From: an uncultured bacterium
GTDB taxonomy: Bacteria; Fidelibacterota; Marinisomatia; Marinisomatales; UBA1611
Length of the DNA stretch: 64,000 nt
Assembly: GCA_943788175.1 (NCBI GenBank)
Contig: CALSPG010000005.1
Coordinates: 519,250 to 583,249, forward strand
Direction of reading: 5' to 3'
The position numbers were made by a program, and so were the translations under genes. This document shows, piece by piece, positions 52,550 through 63,740 of this stretch (position 1 is its first letter; every line of letters starts with the position of its first letter). A model generated the notes under the pieces. That model was given only the letters and a program-made list of their open reading frames with translations, ran no database searches and was not told the DNA's origin.

Positions 52550-53419
52550 TTGAGTCGAAATAATATGTCAAAGATATTGAAATTATTATTTTTAGTAATG
52601 TTTTTAAACCATTTTTCTTGCATTAAGTATAATTCTTTAAATAATAACTCATTAATAATTGAAACGCGATTTTCTGGAGATAATGTTGTATTTGCTGATT
52701 TGAGCAAAGATTTATTAAACCAGAAAATAATAAATAAAAACTGGTCAAGGTTGAATAGTAAAAAAAGCATGCCCTACTTTAGGTTGAAAAATAATTCAGC
52801 AAAAATCAAAGGCGATTTTATCCGCAATGCTGAAAAGTACTTAATAGTGCAGACAAATAACGGTAACTTGTTCAAGTGGAAATATAATCCTAGGGCTACT
52901 AAAACATTACCTAGTCATCTTGCCACATTATCGGCAATTAATGATGCAAAATTATTCATTGGCCAAAATATTTGGTTGAATGAAATTCATTCAGACAGTA
53001 TTTTTATAAATAATAGTGAAAAAAGATTTAGAAAATTTGATAAAGTAATGGTGCTTGGAATTAGAGTTTTTCAGAATAGTAAAACTGATATGCCTATATG
53101 GTTGGAAATCGACACTAATTGTGAGCATAGCGCATTTATTAGATATAATGGTAAGTTTAAAACTGAACTACGACAAAATAATTATTATAATAAAAATCCA
53201 TTAAAAAAAGAATGGTCAAAAACTATTATTGAAAATCTAAAAAAAAAGAAAATTGAATACGGTATGAGCTTTGAGCAAGTGAGAGTATCTATTGGGAACC
53301 CTGAAATGATAAACAATACATCTAGTATAAATGGTGTTAGTCAACAGTGGGTTTATGGTAAAAATTTAGATAAAAAGAAATACTTGCTTTTTAAAAATGG
53401 TAAGCTGGTATCAATGTAG
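52550..53419 (+). CDS. Putative lipoprotein with C-terminal SmpA/BamE-like domain
   Basis: Lipobox-like HFSC; IEYGMSFEQVRVSIGNP..QQWVYG..YLLFKNGKL. Confidence 0.6.
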   Translation: MSRNNMSKILKLLFLVMFLNHFSCIKYNSLNNNSLIIETRFSGDNVVFADLSKDLLNQKIINKNWSRLNSKKSMPYFRLKNNSAKIKGDFIRNAEKYLIVQTNNGNLFKWKYNPRATKTLPSHLATLSAINDAKLFIGQNIWLNEIHSDSIFINNSEKRFRKFDKVMVLGIRVFQNSKTDMPIWLEIDTNCEHSAFIRYNGKFKTELRQNNYYNKNPLKKEWSKTIIENLKKKKIEYGMSFEQVRVSIGNPEMINNTSSINGVSQQWVYGKNLDKKKYLLFKNGKLVSM

Positions 53420-53442
53420 ATTGCTGGTTGAGTAGTTAAATC

Positions 53443-55314
53443 ATGAAAATAAATACCTTTTAATAATTAATTTAGTCTTTCTGTGCTGCCTTGAAGCGCA
53501 GCTTAGTGATAGTCCTTTATCCTATAATGAAAAATTTGAATTTAGCTATTAAACACTTTCAAAACAAACGATATCAGTTAGCTGAACAAGAATTTAAAAA
53601 TATTTTAATTGAAAAACGGAATTTTGAAGATCCTGTATCTCATTTTATGTTGGCAAAGTCTCAATTTTATCAAGACAAAATGATCGATTGCAAAAGGACC
53701 TGCGACTCTTACCTAAATAAATATCCAAATAGTAAATACGATTTCAGTATTAAAATGATGTTAAGTGATATTCTCATCTCAAAAGAAAAATATTCCTATG
53801 TACTTGAACAACTATTACCATTAAGAGAATCTTTAATAGATTCTACAATGCTAAACAAAATCGATTACCGTCTTTATAATAGTATAGTAATGGGCATTAA
53901 TTCAGATAACATAGAACAGCTGCTGTTTCTAAGTGAAAATAACGTTTCAAAATCTATTTTGAACTTAGCTAGATCATATCACTCGCTCTTAGATGGTAAT
54001 ATAAATGATATGGAATTATCTTTAAGTGTTATTAATCCTATATTACTTCCTGGATACTATTTTAATCTTTATGAAGGCTTGTCCCGTTTCCTTGGTACTG
54101 AAAATACTGTACATGGCACAATTGCTGTTATTTTACCTTTGTCTGGAAACGAAAAAGAGAAAGGTCAAACCTTTTTGATGGGGCTTTCCAGAATGGCAAT
54201 GGATTACAAGTATGATTTAGCAACAAATTTTAAAATATATGATAATCAAAGTAAAGATATAAATACTCTTAGAATATTAAATTTAGTCAGCTTAGATAAA
54301 AGTGTGGTCTCTATACTTGGTTATTTATCAGAGGTGTCAAATTTAGCAGCAACTAGCTATTCTAGTGCAATGCCAATTATGCTTTCAAAGAGTAATTTCA
54401 GTGAATTAACGATGTTATCAGAAAGTATATACTTGTTATCCACAAGTAGTGAAGTTCAAGCGAAACTATCTGCTCAGTACGTAGTAAAGGTATTAGGCTA
54501 TCAGAATATAGCAGTATTATCACCGGCTGATGATTTAAATAAAAATTATGCCAATTTTTTTATAGAGGAGTTAAATCAATTAGGTTTAGATGCTGTAGCT
54601 ATTGAGTGGTATTATGGCCGTCCTGAAAATTTAAACAGACAATTTTCAGCGATAAGGAAAAAAGCTTGGTCACTTGTTCCAACAGAGGACCCTAATTTTC
54701 AATATTTTGATTTAGAGATTGATAGTTTGGATGCTCTCTTCGATGTTGATGTTGCTGATTTTATGGAGCCTGTGGATGATATTGATGAATTAAATCAAAT
54801 GTCAAAAAGAGATTCTTTAAAAGTTAGTTTAAATACTATTCAAGCAATTTATATACCTATAAATAAGCAAGACTTATCGTTCATTGGTACTCAATTGCCA
54901 ATGTATAATTTAGAAACAAAAATTATAGGAAATGAATCTTGGATGGACATTGATATTTTAGCTCAAGATATAATTGGCCCACATTTACAAGGCCTTACCG
55001 TTTTGAGTTCAGAATATCCTAAATTTGGAATGACAAACTCTTCTGATTTGGACAGAGTGTTTTCAATGGGATATGATCAGGGGTATTTTATAAATTCACT
55101 TATAAAATTAAGTAGAAACTCCAGGCGTAAGTATAGAAACTTACTTCAGGAAGGTGATTTATTTATGGGTGCATCCTCTCTTATCGAACTAGGTGGTTTA
55201 AATAAAAATGAAAATCAAATTGTTAGGGTCCTTGAATATAAAAAAAGAAAGATGGGCACGATCGGGTATTTTAATGGAAAAAGTTTAGTAGAAAATCAAC
55301 CATCAATAAAATAG
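53443..55314 (+). CDS. TPR plus type I periplasmic-binding-fold protein (LpoA/LppC-like); 5' end probably disturbed by two compensating indels
   Basis: IAVILPLSG..G..F..G, IAVLSP, AIYIP..QL motifs; adding one A at 53446-53449 and removing one T near 53541 gives signal peptide MKNKYLLIINLVFLCCLEA continuous with the 53491 ORF. Confidence 0.7.
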
Positions 55315-55382
55315 TACACAACCAATGGGATGACTTTAGCCTTGATTTACCTATCCCAGGAATAAGGATTGCTCTTTCAAAT

Positions 55383-56000
55383 ATGAGCCGTAGCATTGAG
55401 TCTTATGGTGATTTGTCTAGTCTTTGTAATAATGTTGGACTGGATGCTAAAAAATTAGTTTCCATAAATCAGGTACATTCATCGAAAATTATTTCAGTAA
55501 AGCGCGCAGGTAAATATGACTCTTCAGATGGAATAATTAACATTGGTGGGAATTTGGTATGTTCTATTAAAGTAGCAGATTGCTTACCTATATATTTTAT
55601 TAATAGAATTTCAAGGACAATAGGTCTTGTGCATGCTGGATGGCGTGGTCTGTCCTTAGGCATAATTAATGAATATATTAACAACGTAAAAAAAAATAAT
55701 GAAAGAGCATCAGATAACTATGTTTTTATTGGACCATCCATAAAAAAATGTTGTTTTAGAATTCAAAATGATGTGATCAATCATTTTGATTCTAGATTCT
55801 ACTCAAAAATTAGCGATAAGCACTATCAGGTAGATCTCCAGCAATGGGCAGTCGATCAAATTATGAATCTAAATATAAAAAACGATAAAATATTTGTTAT
55901 TGATAAATGTACTTATTGTAACAAAGACGTGTACGAATCTTTTAGAAGAGATGGTGACGCAGCTGGAAGAATGTATGCATTATTAGGTTGGCTTAAATAA
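55383..56000 (+). CDS. pgeF: Peptidoglycan editing factor PgeF (YfiH family); reading frame is open further upstream
   Basis: QVHS, ADCLPI, HAGWRG, IGPSI..CCF, CT.C...SFRR. Confidence 0.92.
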   Translation: MSRSIESYGDLSSLCNNVGLDAKKLVSINQVHSSKIISVKRAGKYDSSDGIINIGGNLVCSIKVADCLPIYFINRISRTIGLVHAGWRGLSLGIINEYINNVKKNNERASDNYVFIGPSIKKCCFRIQNDVINHFDSRFYSKISDKHYQVDLQQWAVDQIMNLNIKNDKIFVIDKCTYCNKDVYESFRRDGDAAGRMYALLGWLK

Positions 56001-56758
56001 TGAATATAATTGATATTATTATTCTTGGTATTTTACAAGGCATTACAGAATTTTTACCTGTAAGTAGTTCAGGCCATTTGGTTTTAGCTCAATACATGCT
56101 TGGGATTGAGTCACCGGGGAATACCTTAGAAATATTATTTCACATAGGGACCTTATTTAGTGTGATTTATGTTTTCAATAAAGATATAAAATCGATAGTT
56201 ATTTCTTTAAATGAAAAACCTACGCAGGAACTTGTGATGTACATAATTACTGCAACAATTCCAGCAGTGATTATAGGCCTTACATTTAAAAGTCATATAA
56301 TTAATTTGTTTAGTAGTATAGTGCCCGTTGGTTATGCTTTATTATTGACAGGTGCAATTTTGGCATTGTCAATTAATTTTAAGAATAAAAATAAACCATT
56401 GTCCTATTTATATTCGCTTTTAATTGGCCTGGCCCAGGCCATGGCTATAATACCTGGGATATCAAGATCGGGTGCGACTATATCAATATCAATGCTTCTG
56501 GGCATACCACCCAAAGAGGCGGCACGGTTTTCTTTTTTAATTTCAATTCCTGTAATTATCGGTGCTGGCCTTTTAGGGTTTCTAGAACTAGAATCGTACG
56601 ATTTATTAACACCTAAATTGATAATTACAGCAATTTTGACCTCATTTATGGTTGGTACTTTATCTTTAAAAATCTTACTAAAAATATTAGAGGTTGGTAG
56701 GTTCTACTTTTTTGGTGTTTATTGTTTTATCGCTGGAATCGTAGCTGTTCTTTCATAA
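56000..56758 (+). CDS. uppP: Undecaprenyl-diphosphate phosphatase
   Basis: GILQGITEFLPVSSSGH, PGISRSGATI, AARFSF. Confidence 0.97.
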   Translation: MNIIDIIILGILQGITEFLPVSSSGHLVLAQYMLGIESPGNTLEILFHIGTLFSVIYVFNKDIKSIVISLNEKPTQELVMYIITATIPAVIIGLTFKSHIINLFSSIVPVGYALLLTGAILALSINFKNKNKPLSYLYSLLIGLAQAMAIIPGISRSGATISISMLLGIPPKEAARFSFLISIPVIIGAGLLGFLELESYDLLTPKLIITAILTSFMVGTLSLKILLKILEVGRFYFFGVYCFIAGIVAVLS

Positions 56759-56788
56759 TCTATTTAAAATAATATCTAATTAAATAAT

Positions 56789-57764
56789 ATGGATGATATA
56801 AAACATATTTTATCAAATTTTAAAGCCGGTGAAATAAATAATGTATATGTTTTGAAAGGTGAAGATCTCTTCCTTCAAAATTTTTTTATTGAGCAGCTTT
56901 CTAATAAATTATTTCTTAATTCATCGTGTTCGAAAGAATTCTTAACCCCGAATGAATTATCAGGTAAAGAAATATTAGATAAGATTTTATCTTCGGACCT
57001 ATTTAACTCAAAAAAATTAATTATTTTGAGAGATCCTCAACAAATTAAAGGAAAAGTTTCAAAAGAACTTATTAGCTATTGTAACCAACCTATTATCAAT
57101 CATTTTCTAGTCCTTATTTGCGATAATCATTTAGATAAAAGTTCTTTTTTTAAAAATTTATCTTCAGAAATTCCATTAATAAATGTATCGACTCCATTTC
57201 CAAATCAAATGATTAAATGGGCTAATTTTTTTGTAAAAGATAATAAAAAAAATATTTCACCAGATGTACTCAAAGAAATTATTAATATTTGTGGCGACTC
57301 TCTTTATAATCTAAAAAATGAAATTGATAAAATTTGTCTAATGACTGAAGAAAAAAATCTAAAAATTGAGCACATTAATTTTGATAGTTCCTTTTCAAGG
57401 AGTAGAAAAAGATGGGAGCTGATGTCTTCCTTAGGGGCGAGGGATTTAAAAAAATCAATTAAATTAGGAAAGTCTATTATTGATAGCTCGGAAACAATGA
57501 TTTCATTAATCTTTCCAATGGCGGCTTTATTTCAGGAATTATTATTCGTGAAGATGAATAATGGAACTTTTATTAAACCCTCTAGTTATATACCATTATC
57601 AACATTATTAAAGAATAACATATCTAATTATGCAAATAACTATACAGTTGAGGATATAGATAGTTGCAATAAAAGAGTTAAAAAAAATTGAAATTAGACA
57701 AAAAACTACAAACACAGACGATGAGTCAGAACTCATCAACTTTATTTACAATACCCTTGGATAA
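56789..57764 (+). CDS. holA: DNA polymerase III delta subunit; frameshift near 57659
   Basis: VYVLKGEDLFL, LFNSKKLII, LKNEIDKI; the +1 frame continues IVAIKELKKIEIRQKTTNTDDESELINFIYNTLG* (TAA 57762-57764), a plausible HolA C-terminus. Confidence 0.8.
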
Positions 57765-58341
57765 CAAAAGAAATAAATATAATTATACTGACGAAAGGTT
57801 AATGTCTTTATTTCAAGCTGGCGATGAAAATGCTTATATCGTGCTTGTAAATAGATATAAAGACAAGCTGATAAATTTTATCTATCACTATTTAAAAGAT
57901 TCCGAATCGGCAGAAGATGTCGTTCAAGAAACGATGATAAAACTTTATCAAAAAAAACATTATTACAAAGAAATAGCAAAATTTTCGACTTGGCTGTACA
58001 CAATTGCAAAAAATTTAGCAAATACTGAATTAAGAAAGAGAAAGAACAGAAAAACTACCCTTTTAAGTCATTTTAGCAATGACGATAAGACCTACGAAAT
58101 ACCAAGTGATGATTTAGAAATCGGGCAACAAGTTCAAACTGATGTCGTAAATGAAATTATTAAGGACGCTGTTAATCAATTATCTGAAAAATTTAAAACC
58201 GTTATAATTTTGAGAGATATCCAAGAAATTTCTTATGAAGAAATTAGTGAAATTATTGGCGTCCCAATTGGTACAGTTAAATCAAGGATAAATCGCGCTA
58301 GATTGCAGTTGCAAGTTGAACTAAAACATTTAAGAGAATAG
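57757..58341 (+). CDS. ECF sigma-70 factor (likely TTG start at 57757)
   Basis: AEDVVQET, FSTWLYTIAKN, SYEEISEII..PIGTVKSRINRAR; a start at 57757 overlaps the corrected holA stop. Confidence 0.92.
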   Translation: MDNKRNKYNYTDERLMSLFQAGDENAYIVLVNRYKDKLINFIYHYLKDSESAEDVVQETMIKLYQKKHYYKEIAKFSTWLYTIAKNLANTELRKRKNRKTTLLSHFSNDDKTYEIPSDDLEIGQQVQTDVVNEIIKDAVNQLSEKFKTVIILRDIQEISYEEISEIIGVPIGTVKSRINRARLQLQVELKHLRE

Positions 58342-58355
58342 GAGTATATATTGAT

Positions 58356-58916
58356 ATGAACCGTTATGAATTTGAAGATTTAATATCTGATTACTTAGAA
58401 GGAAAAATGACTTTTAAAAAGATAAAAGAGTTCGAGTCATTTTTGGAAAGCAATGAAGAATCTAGAACGTTAGTTAATAATGTTAGAAACTCTATATCAG
58501 ATTTAAATAGATTAGATAAAGTTGTTGTATCAACTAGGTTTAATGAAAAATTATTATCAAAACTAAAAAATAAAAAACCTATTGTTATCAACGATGATAA
58601 AAGTTTTTATGGTTTTTCCTCACGGGATGCAGCAATGTTTTTATCTCTTTGTTTTGCTATTATCTTTTTTAGTTTCTCTTTGATTGACTTCGAAAATTAT
58701 TTTTCTCCAACTCTAAGTAAAAGTACAAATATTGTTGATGAGAATCATCAGGATTTTAAAAGTTCAAAATTTAGGAATGATAATAACAACTTTGCTTCTG
58801 ATGCTCCATTAGATTCCTTGAAGAAAAAAGATAAAAAGTATAAACCAAACAAAAACAACAAAATAAAATTTGTAAATAATTCGAAAATAATTTATAGCAG
58901 TTTTTTATTTTATTAA
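58356..58916 (+). CDS. Putative membrane anti-sigma factor
   Basis: Follows the ECF gene; RBS AGGAG; FEDLISDYLEG anti-sigma-domain-like start; single TM AAMFLSLCFAIIFFSF. Confidence 0.7.
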   Translation: MNRYEFEDLISDYLEGKMTFKKIKEFESFLESNEESRTLVNNVRNSISDLNRLDKVVVSTRFNEKLLSKLKNKKPIVINDDKSFYGFSSRDAAMFLSLCFAIIFFSFSLIDFENYFSPTLSKSTNIVDENHQDFKSSKFRNDNNNFASDAPLDSLKKKDKKYKPNKNNKIKFVNNSKIIYSSFLFY

Positions 58917-58940
58917 ATACTTGGTAAGTTATCATTACTC

Positions 58941-60649
58941 TTGCTAATAACAAGATACATGATGAAGAAAAAATCTATAAACACTTTTATCGTACTTGTT
59001 TTTTGTTTAAACATAATATTACTTGTCCTCTTAAAAGGATCTAATGATGTTTTAGACCTGTTTTTAAGGTTACTAGCCTTACCTGGACTAATTTGGATCT
59101 CGTATCTTTATTTTAAATCACTAGACTCATCAATTGACAGTGACTACTCTGAGGACATTCCAAGCAAGAGTAATTTTGAATCTGATAGAGCTCCAGAATC
59201 TCAATTTCAAGATTTAATTAAATTAAGTTTTGTGTTTCTAAAAGACTTAAATAAAAATTTTGAAGCATCTATATTTTTTCTCCAACCTAATTCAGATTGT
59301 TTTGAAATTAAAGACTCTACGTCTGATAACTTTTTTGAAAAGATTTCTACAAGTAGTGAAGTTTTAAAAAATATAGCTCACAAAAAAAAATCAACCATTA
59401 TTTATCAAAAAGACAATAAAGAGATATGGGAAAAGATATACAAAGACAACTCACAAAGGGGCAGTGAATGTATTATTATTCAACCTCTTTTTTTAAATGG
59501 TTTCCTAACTGGATTGCTGGTTGTTCACTTGATCACTTTAGTGATTTAAACCCAAATGATCAGTTAATGATTGAACACTTAGCAGCGATAATATCTTTAG
59601 AGATTTTAGACTTAGATGCACTAGAAAAGACAATTAACAAAAAAGAGAACCAGTCTAGAGTATTTGATTTAATTACACAAATAAATTTTAAACATTCTGA
59701 ATCTGATATATTTAATAAATATAGAAATTTAATTCATTATTTTTTCAAGTATGATTGTTTGACCTTTTCTATGCGCGAGGCAGATTCAAATAATGCAAAT
59801 ATAAAATTGATTGATGGTATCAAAAAATATTTACCTCAGGATAATCATTTTAATGTTAATGGGACAATAAATGGGTTGCCCTATGTTAAAAATTGTAAAA
59901 TTAATAGTTCTAACAATAAATATAATTTATTTAGGTTTTCATCTTCTGAACAAAATAATGAAGCCGAAAATAATTTTTTAGGTTTTCCAATCATTCTTAA
60001 TGATAAAATTTGGGGTGCAATATTGATAGAACGTTTTAATAGTCAGGTTTTTAATGAAAATGATGAAAAGTTATTATCATTAATTTGTAAAGCTATCCAA
60101 TCCAATATGCTTTGGCATATCGAATATCAGAATATGTATGAAAATGCAATAAAAGATGGTCTCACTGGGCTACTCAATCATAAAACTTATATAGATAGAG
60201 CCAGAGAAGAGATAGAAAGAGCTAGACGTTTTCAACATCGTTTAGTATTCTTAATTTTTGATCTTGATAAGTTTAAAAGAATTAATGATACACTTGGACA
60301 CCCTTATGGTGATTATGTTATTAGAACTACTTCTAATATTATAAAGAAAAACGTACGTAGCATTGATCTCGTTGCTAGGTATGGTGGTGAAGAGTTTGCT
60401 GTAGTTTTGGTTAATACAAACACCGAGGCAGCATTAACTGTTGCCAAAAGAATCGTTAAAAATATTGAGGAATATAATTTTACCATGGATGATAGTAGTG
60501 TAAATATGACTATTAGCTGTGGTCTATCTGAGTATCCAAGTGATTCAGACCAATTAAAAGATTTAATACAATTTGCTGACGAAGGTCTTTATAAAACAAA
60601 AGATAATGGTGGAAACGATGTCACGGTGTACAGTAAAATAATGAGCTAA
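58941..60649 (+). CDS. Membrane GAF-GGDEF diguanylate cyclase; frameshift near 59525
   Basis: Two N-terminal TM helices, GAF-like segments joining as GLLVVH/LDHFSDL; DGLTGLLN, DLDKFKRIND..GH, I-site RSID, ARYGGEEF. Confidence 0.88.
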
Positions 60650-60652
60650 ACT

Positions 60653-62215
60653 ATGAATGCCCAACCATATAAATTTTATTTTATTATCATGTTAACAAAT
60701 TTTATTGCTACTTCAAGCCTGCAGAGCGATGATGTAAATAGTAAAGATCTCGCAATCCATCATTTTATGCAGGGCGAGTTTTTGCTGAATCAAGGTAATT
60801 ATGCTTTAGCTGTTTTAGAATTTCAAGATGCTATTAGTATCGATCCAAATGCATCAACTATTCATGTATCTATAGCTGATGCATACAGAAGACTTGGAAG
60901 AGCAAAGCGCGCTGAAAATCATCTTAAAATTGCAATTGACCTTGATCCCAAGGATATAAGTAGCAGAGCAATGTTAGGACAATTATATTTATTAAGCAGA
61001 AATTATATTGAAGCAGAGAATCAATTTTTAGTTTTGAGCCACCTTGATCAAGACAATGATGATTATCTTTCAATATTAGGTGATATCGCCAAGATACAAC
61101 AACAGTGGATTAAATCTATAGATTTCTTTCTAGATGCTTATAGGATAAACCCTCAAAATTTTAAAGCTCTTGAAAATGCCATGCAAGTTTGCCTTACAGC
61201 TGAATTATTTAAAAAAGCTGAAGGTGTATGCAAACTGTTAGTTCAATTTGAGCCGAATAATAATAGTTACTGGTTAACGTATAAGCAAATAACAGCATAT
61301 AATAAAAACTATAACAGTACATTGAAAGCAATTGCTGAGCTAGAGAGGATCAATGGTAAATCTATAAAACTCAGTTTAGAAAAAAGCGCTATAATGCAGG
61401 AATTAAATAAAGTAGATGAAGCTATTAAGCTCCTTGTTGAAATACATAACCCAGATAGTGCAAACATTAATATTGTTGAACGGCTGGTATCCATGTATTT
61501 AGAAACTGAAAATTTTATAGATGCCGATATTTTTAATAGAATATTATTGAATGAATTTTCAGATGCCCCATCAGGATACATAAACGCTGCAATTATATCC
61601 TTAAATAATGATATGCCTGATAAAGCAATTAAATATATTGAGCCGGTGATATATAAATATGATAATAACTACTCTGCATTATACTTGCTTGGAACTTCGT
61701 ATTTTCAGATAAAAGACTTGTCTAATGCTGAAAAATATTTAAAACAATCTTTAAAAATTTATCCTCAATCTAGAACAAGTAAGCATACTTTAGCAATGAT
61801 TTATGATCAAACGGGCGTTTGGATTAAGTCGGATAGCTTATACTTTGACTTAATTAACTCTGATTCAACTGATGCTCAAGCATACAACAATTTTGCATAT
61901 AGTTTAGTTGAAAGAAAAGCGAATTTAGAGCTTGCTTTAGAAATGTCATTGATTGCAACGAGAATTGAACCAGGTTCAGCGCCTTACCTAGATACTTTAG
62001 GCTGGATTTATTATAATTTAGAACAATATGAAAAAGCGTTAGAACATGTTCAAAAATCATATAGTATAGATGCTGAAAATCCTGTTATAGTTGAGCATTT
62101 AGCAGATATTTTAAAGGCAACAGATCAAATTTCTAAGGCTAATCTAATTTATATGCAAGCAATCAATATTGGAGGAGATAGCCTTTCCATACAGCAAAAA
62201 ATAAAAATAGAATGA
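60653..62215 (+). CDS. Exported TPR protein
   Basis: Many TPR units; AYNNFAY, YLDTLGWIYY, EHLADI. Confidence 0.88.
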   Translation: MNAQPYKFYFIIMLTNFIATSSLQSDDVNSKDLAIHHFMQGEFLLNQGNYALAVLEFQDAISIDPNASTIHVSIADAYRRLGRAKRAENHLKIAIDLDPKDISSRAMLGQLYLLSRNYIEAENQFLVLSHLDQDNDDYLSILGDIAKIQQQWIKSIDFFLDAYRINPQNFKALENAMQVCLTAELFKKAEGVCKLLVQFEPNNNSYWLTYKQITAYNKNYNSTLKAIAELERINGKSIKLSLEKSAIMQELNKVDEAIKLLVEIHNPDSANINIVERLVSMYLETENFIDADIFNRILLNEFSDAPSGYINAAIISLNNDMPDKAIKYIEPVIYKYDNNYSALYLLGTSYFQIKDLSNAEKYLKQSLKIYPQSRTSKHTLAMIYDQTGVWIKSDSLYFDLINSDSTDAQAYNNFAYSLVERKANLELALEMSLIATRIEPGSAPYLDTLGWIYYNLEQYEKALEHVQKSYSIDAENPVIVEHLADILKATDQISKANLIYMQAINIGGDSLSIQQKIKIE

Positions 62216-62796
62216 AGTTTATGCTGATAATATTCTTTCTTGTTTTTTTCTCTGGCTGTATCAGAATGCAAAACCAATCAATATTAAAAGTAAACCAAGA
62301 AAAAGAAATAATTCAATTTGTCTCTTGTAGTGGTAGAGGAACTATATCAAGCATTGGTAATTTTAGTGGTCAATTATCATTTGATTTTTTAGCGCAAAAT
62401 GATAGCTCTTTTTTTCAGTTTAGTGATTTTTTAGGAAGAAAAGTTCTTCTGCTTGCGTTAACATCTGATTCTGCTAATGCCTGGAATTTGATAGAAAATA
62501 AAAAATATAATCACTCGCAAATTAATGATTTACTTCCTGTTTTATCTTTTTTACAACCTATTGATTTAACGCACTTTTTATGGGGCAAAAATATTTCCTT
62601 TGATTATATAGATTCTTTAGGGTTTGATAATGCCAAAATTATATTGGAAAAAAGTAATCCTGATGATCCTTTATTGAATAAAGCTATTTTTTCTGACGGT
62701 ACAAATAGAAGTGAGTTATTGATTATAATAAAATCAAGAATTCCAAGTATTGATTTTATAGATTTAAGAAAATATTGGAATATAATATTAGGCTAA
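62212..62796 (+). CDS. Lipoprotein, LolB/DUF4292-like
   Basis: Lipobox FSGC; beta-rich segment with DFLGRKV; lies after a TPR gene. Confidence 0.5.
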   Translation: MKFMLIIFFLVFFSGCIRMQNQSILKVNQEKEIIQFVSCSGRGTISSIGNFSGQLSFDFLAQNDSSFFQFSDFLGRKVLLLALTSDSANAWNLIENKKYNHSQINDLLPVLSFLQPIDLTHFLWGKNISFDYIDSLGFDNAKIILEKSNPDDPLLNKAIFSDGTNRSELLIIIKSRIPSIDFIDLRKYWNIILG

Positions 62797-62798
62797 TT

Positions 62799-63719
62799 AT
62801 GAAAATTTCTGTAGTAATACCAGTCTTCAATGAGCAAGAATCAATTAAAGAACTGTATATGCAAATATCAGCAGCTCTTAAAAATCAAAAAAAATATGAA
62901 ATTATCTTTATTAATGATGGTTCATCAGATAAATCGGAAAAAGCTATAATTGATTTATCCAATGAAGATAAGAGAGTAAAACTAATTAGCTTTTATCGGA
63001 ATTTTGGTAAGTCAGCTGCGTTGTCTGAAGGTTTTAAATACGCATCTGGCGAAATAATTATAACGATGGACGCGGATTTGCAAGACGACCCAAACGAAAT
63101 TCCTAATCTTATAAACAAGTTAGATGAGGGTTATGATCTCGTATCAGGCTGGAAACAAAAAAGATATGACCCGTGGACAAAAACATTCCCATCAAAAATT
63201 TTTAATTTTGTGACCAGAGTACTAACCGGTGTTAAGATACATGATTTTAATTGTGGTTTGAAGGCTTATCGCAGTTCTGTAATAAAGTCTATAGAGGTTT
63301 TTGGTGGCAGGCATCGTTACATACCTGCCTTAGCAGGACAAATGAATTTTTCAGTATCCGAAATCGTTGTTAATCATCGGCCTAGAATATATGGTGAAAC
63401 TAAATATGGAGGTTCAAGAATATTCCACGGGTTTTTTGATCTTCTTACTATTTTATTTCTTAATAAATATACTCAGCAACCATTGCATTTCTTTGGTTCA
63501 ATCGGGTTGGCAACTTTTATAGCTGGCTTTTTTGTTGAATTAATGGTCATCTATTACAAATTCGTTTTACTTGAGCCTTTTTCAAAACATATTGCACTTC
63601 TATTACTGGGAGTTATATTAATAATAATTGGAATCCAATTTTTCTCTATTGGGCTGCTAGGTGAAATAATTGCACGCTTTAGTCAAGGTAAAGAAGATAG
63701 AATCAAGGATATCAAATAA
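62799..63719 (+). CDS. GT2 polyprenol-phosphate glycosyltransferase (ArnC/DPM-like)
   Basis: ISVVIPVFNE, NDGSSD, RNFGKS, MDADLQD, DFNCG, two C-terminal TM helices; ATG 62799 preferred over TTG 62775. Confidence 0.92.
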   Translation: MKISVVIPVFNEQESIKELYMQISAALKNQKKYEIIFINDGSSDKSEKAIIDLSNEDKRVKLISFYRNFGKSAALSEGFKYASGEIIITMDADLQDDPNEIPNLINKLDEGYDLVSGWKQKRYDPWTKTFPSKIFNFVTRVLTGVKIHDFNCGLKAYRSSVIKSIEVFGGRHRYIPALAGQMNFSVSEIVVNHRPRIYGETKYGGSRIFHGFFDLLTILFLNKYTQQPLHFFGSIGLATFIAGFFVELMVIYYKFVLLEPFSKHIALLLLGVILIIIGIQFFSIGLLGEIIARFSQGKEDRIKDIK

Positions 63720-63740
63720 AACAATGTATTGTGATACTAA

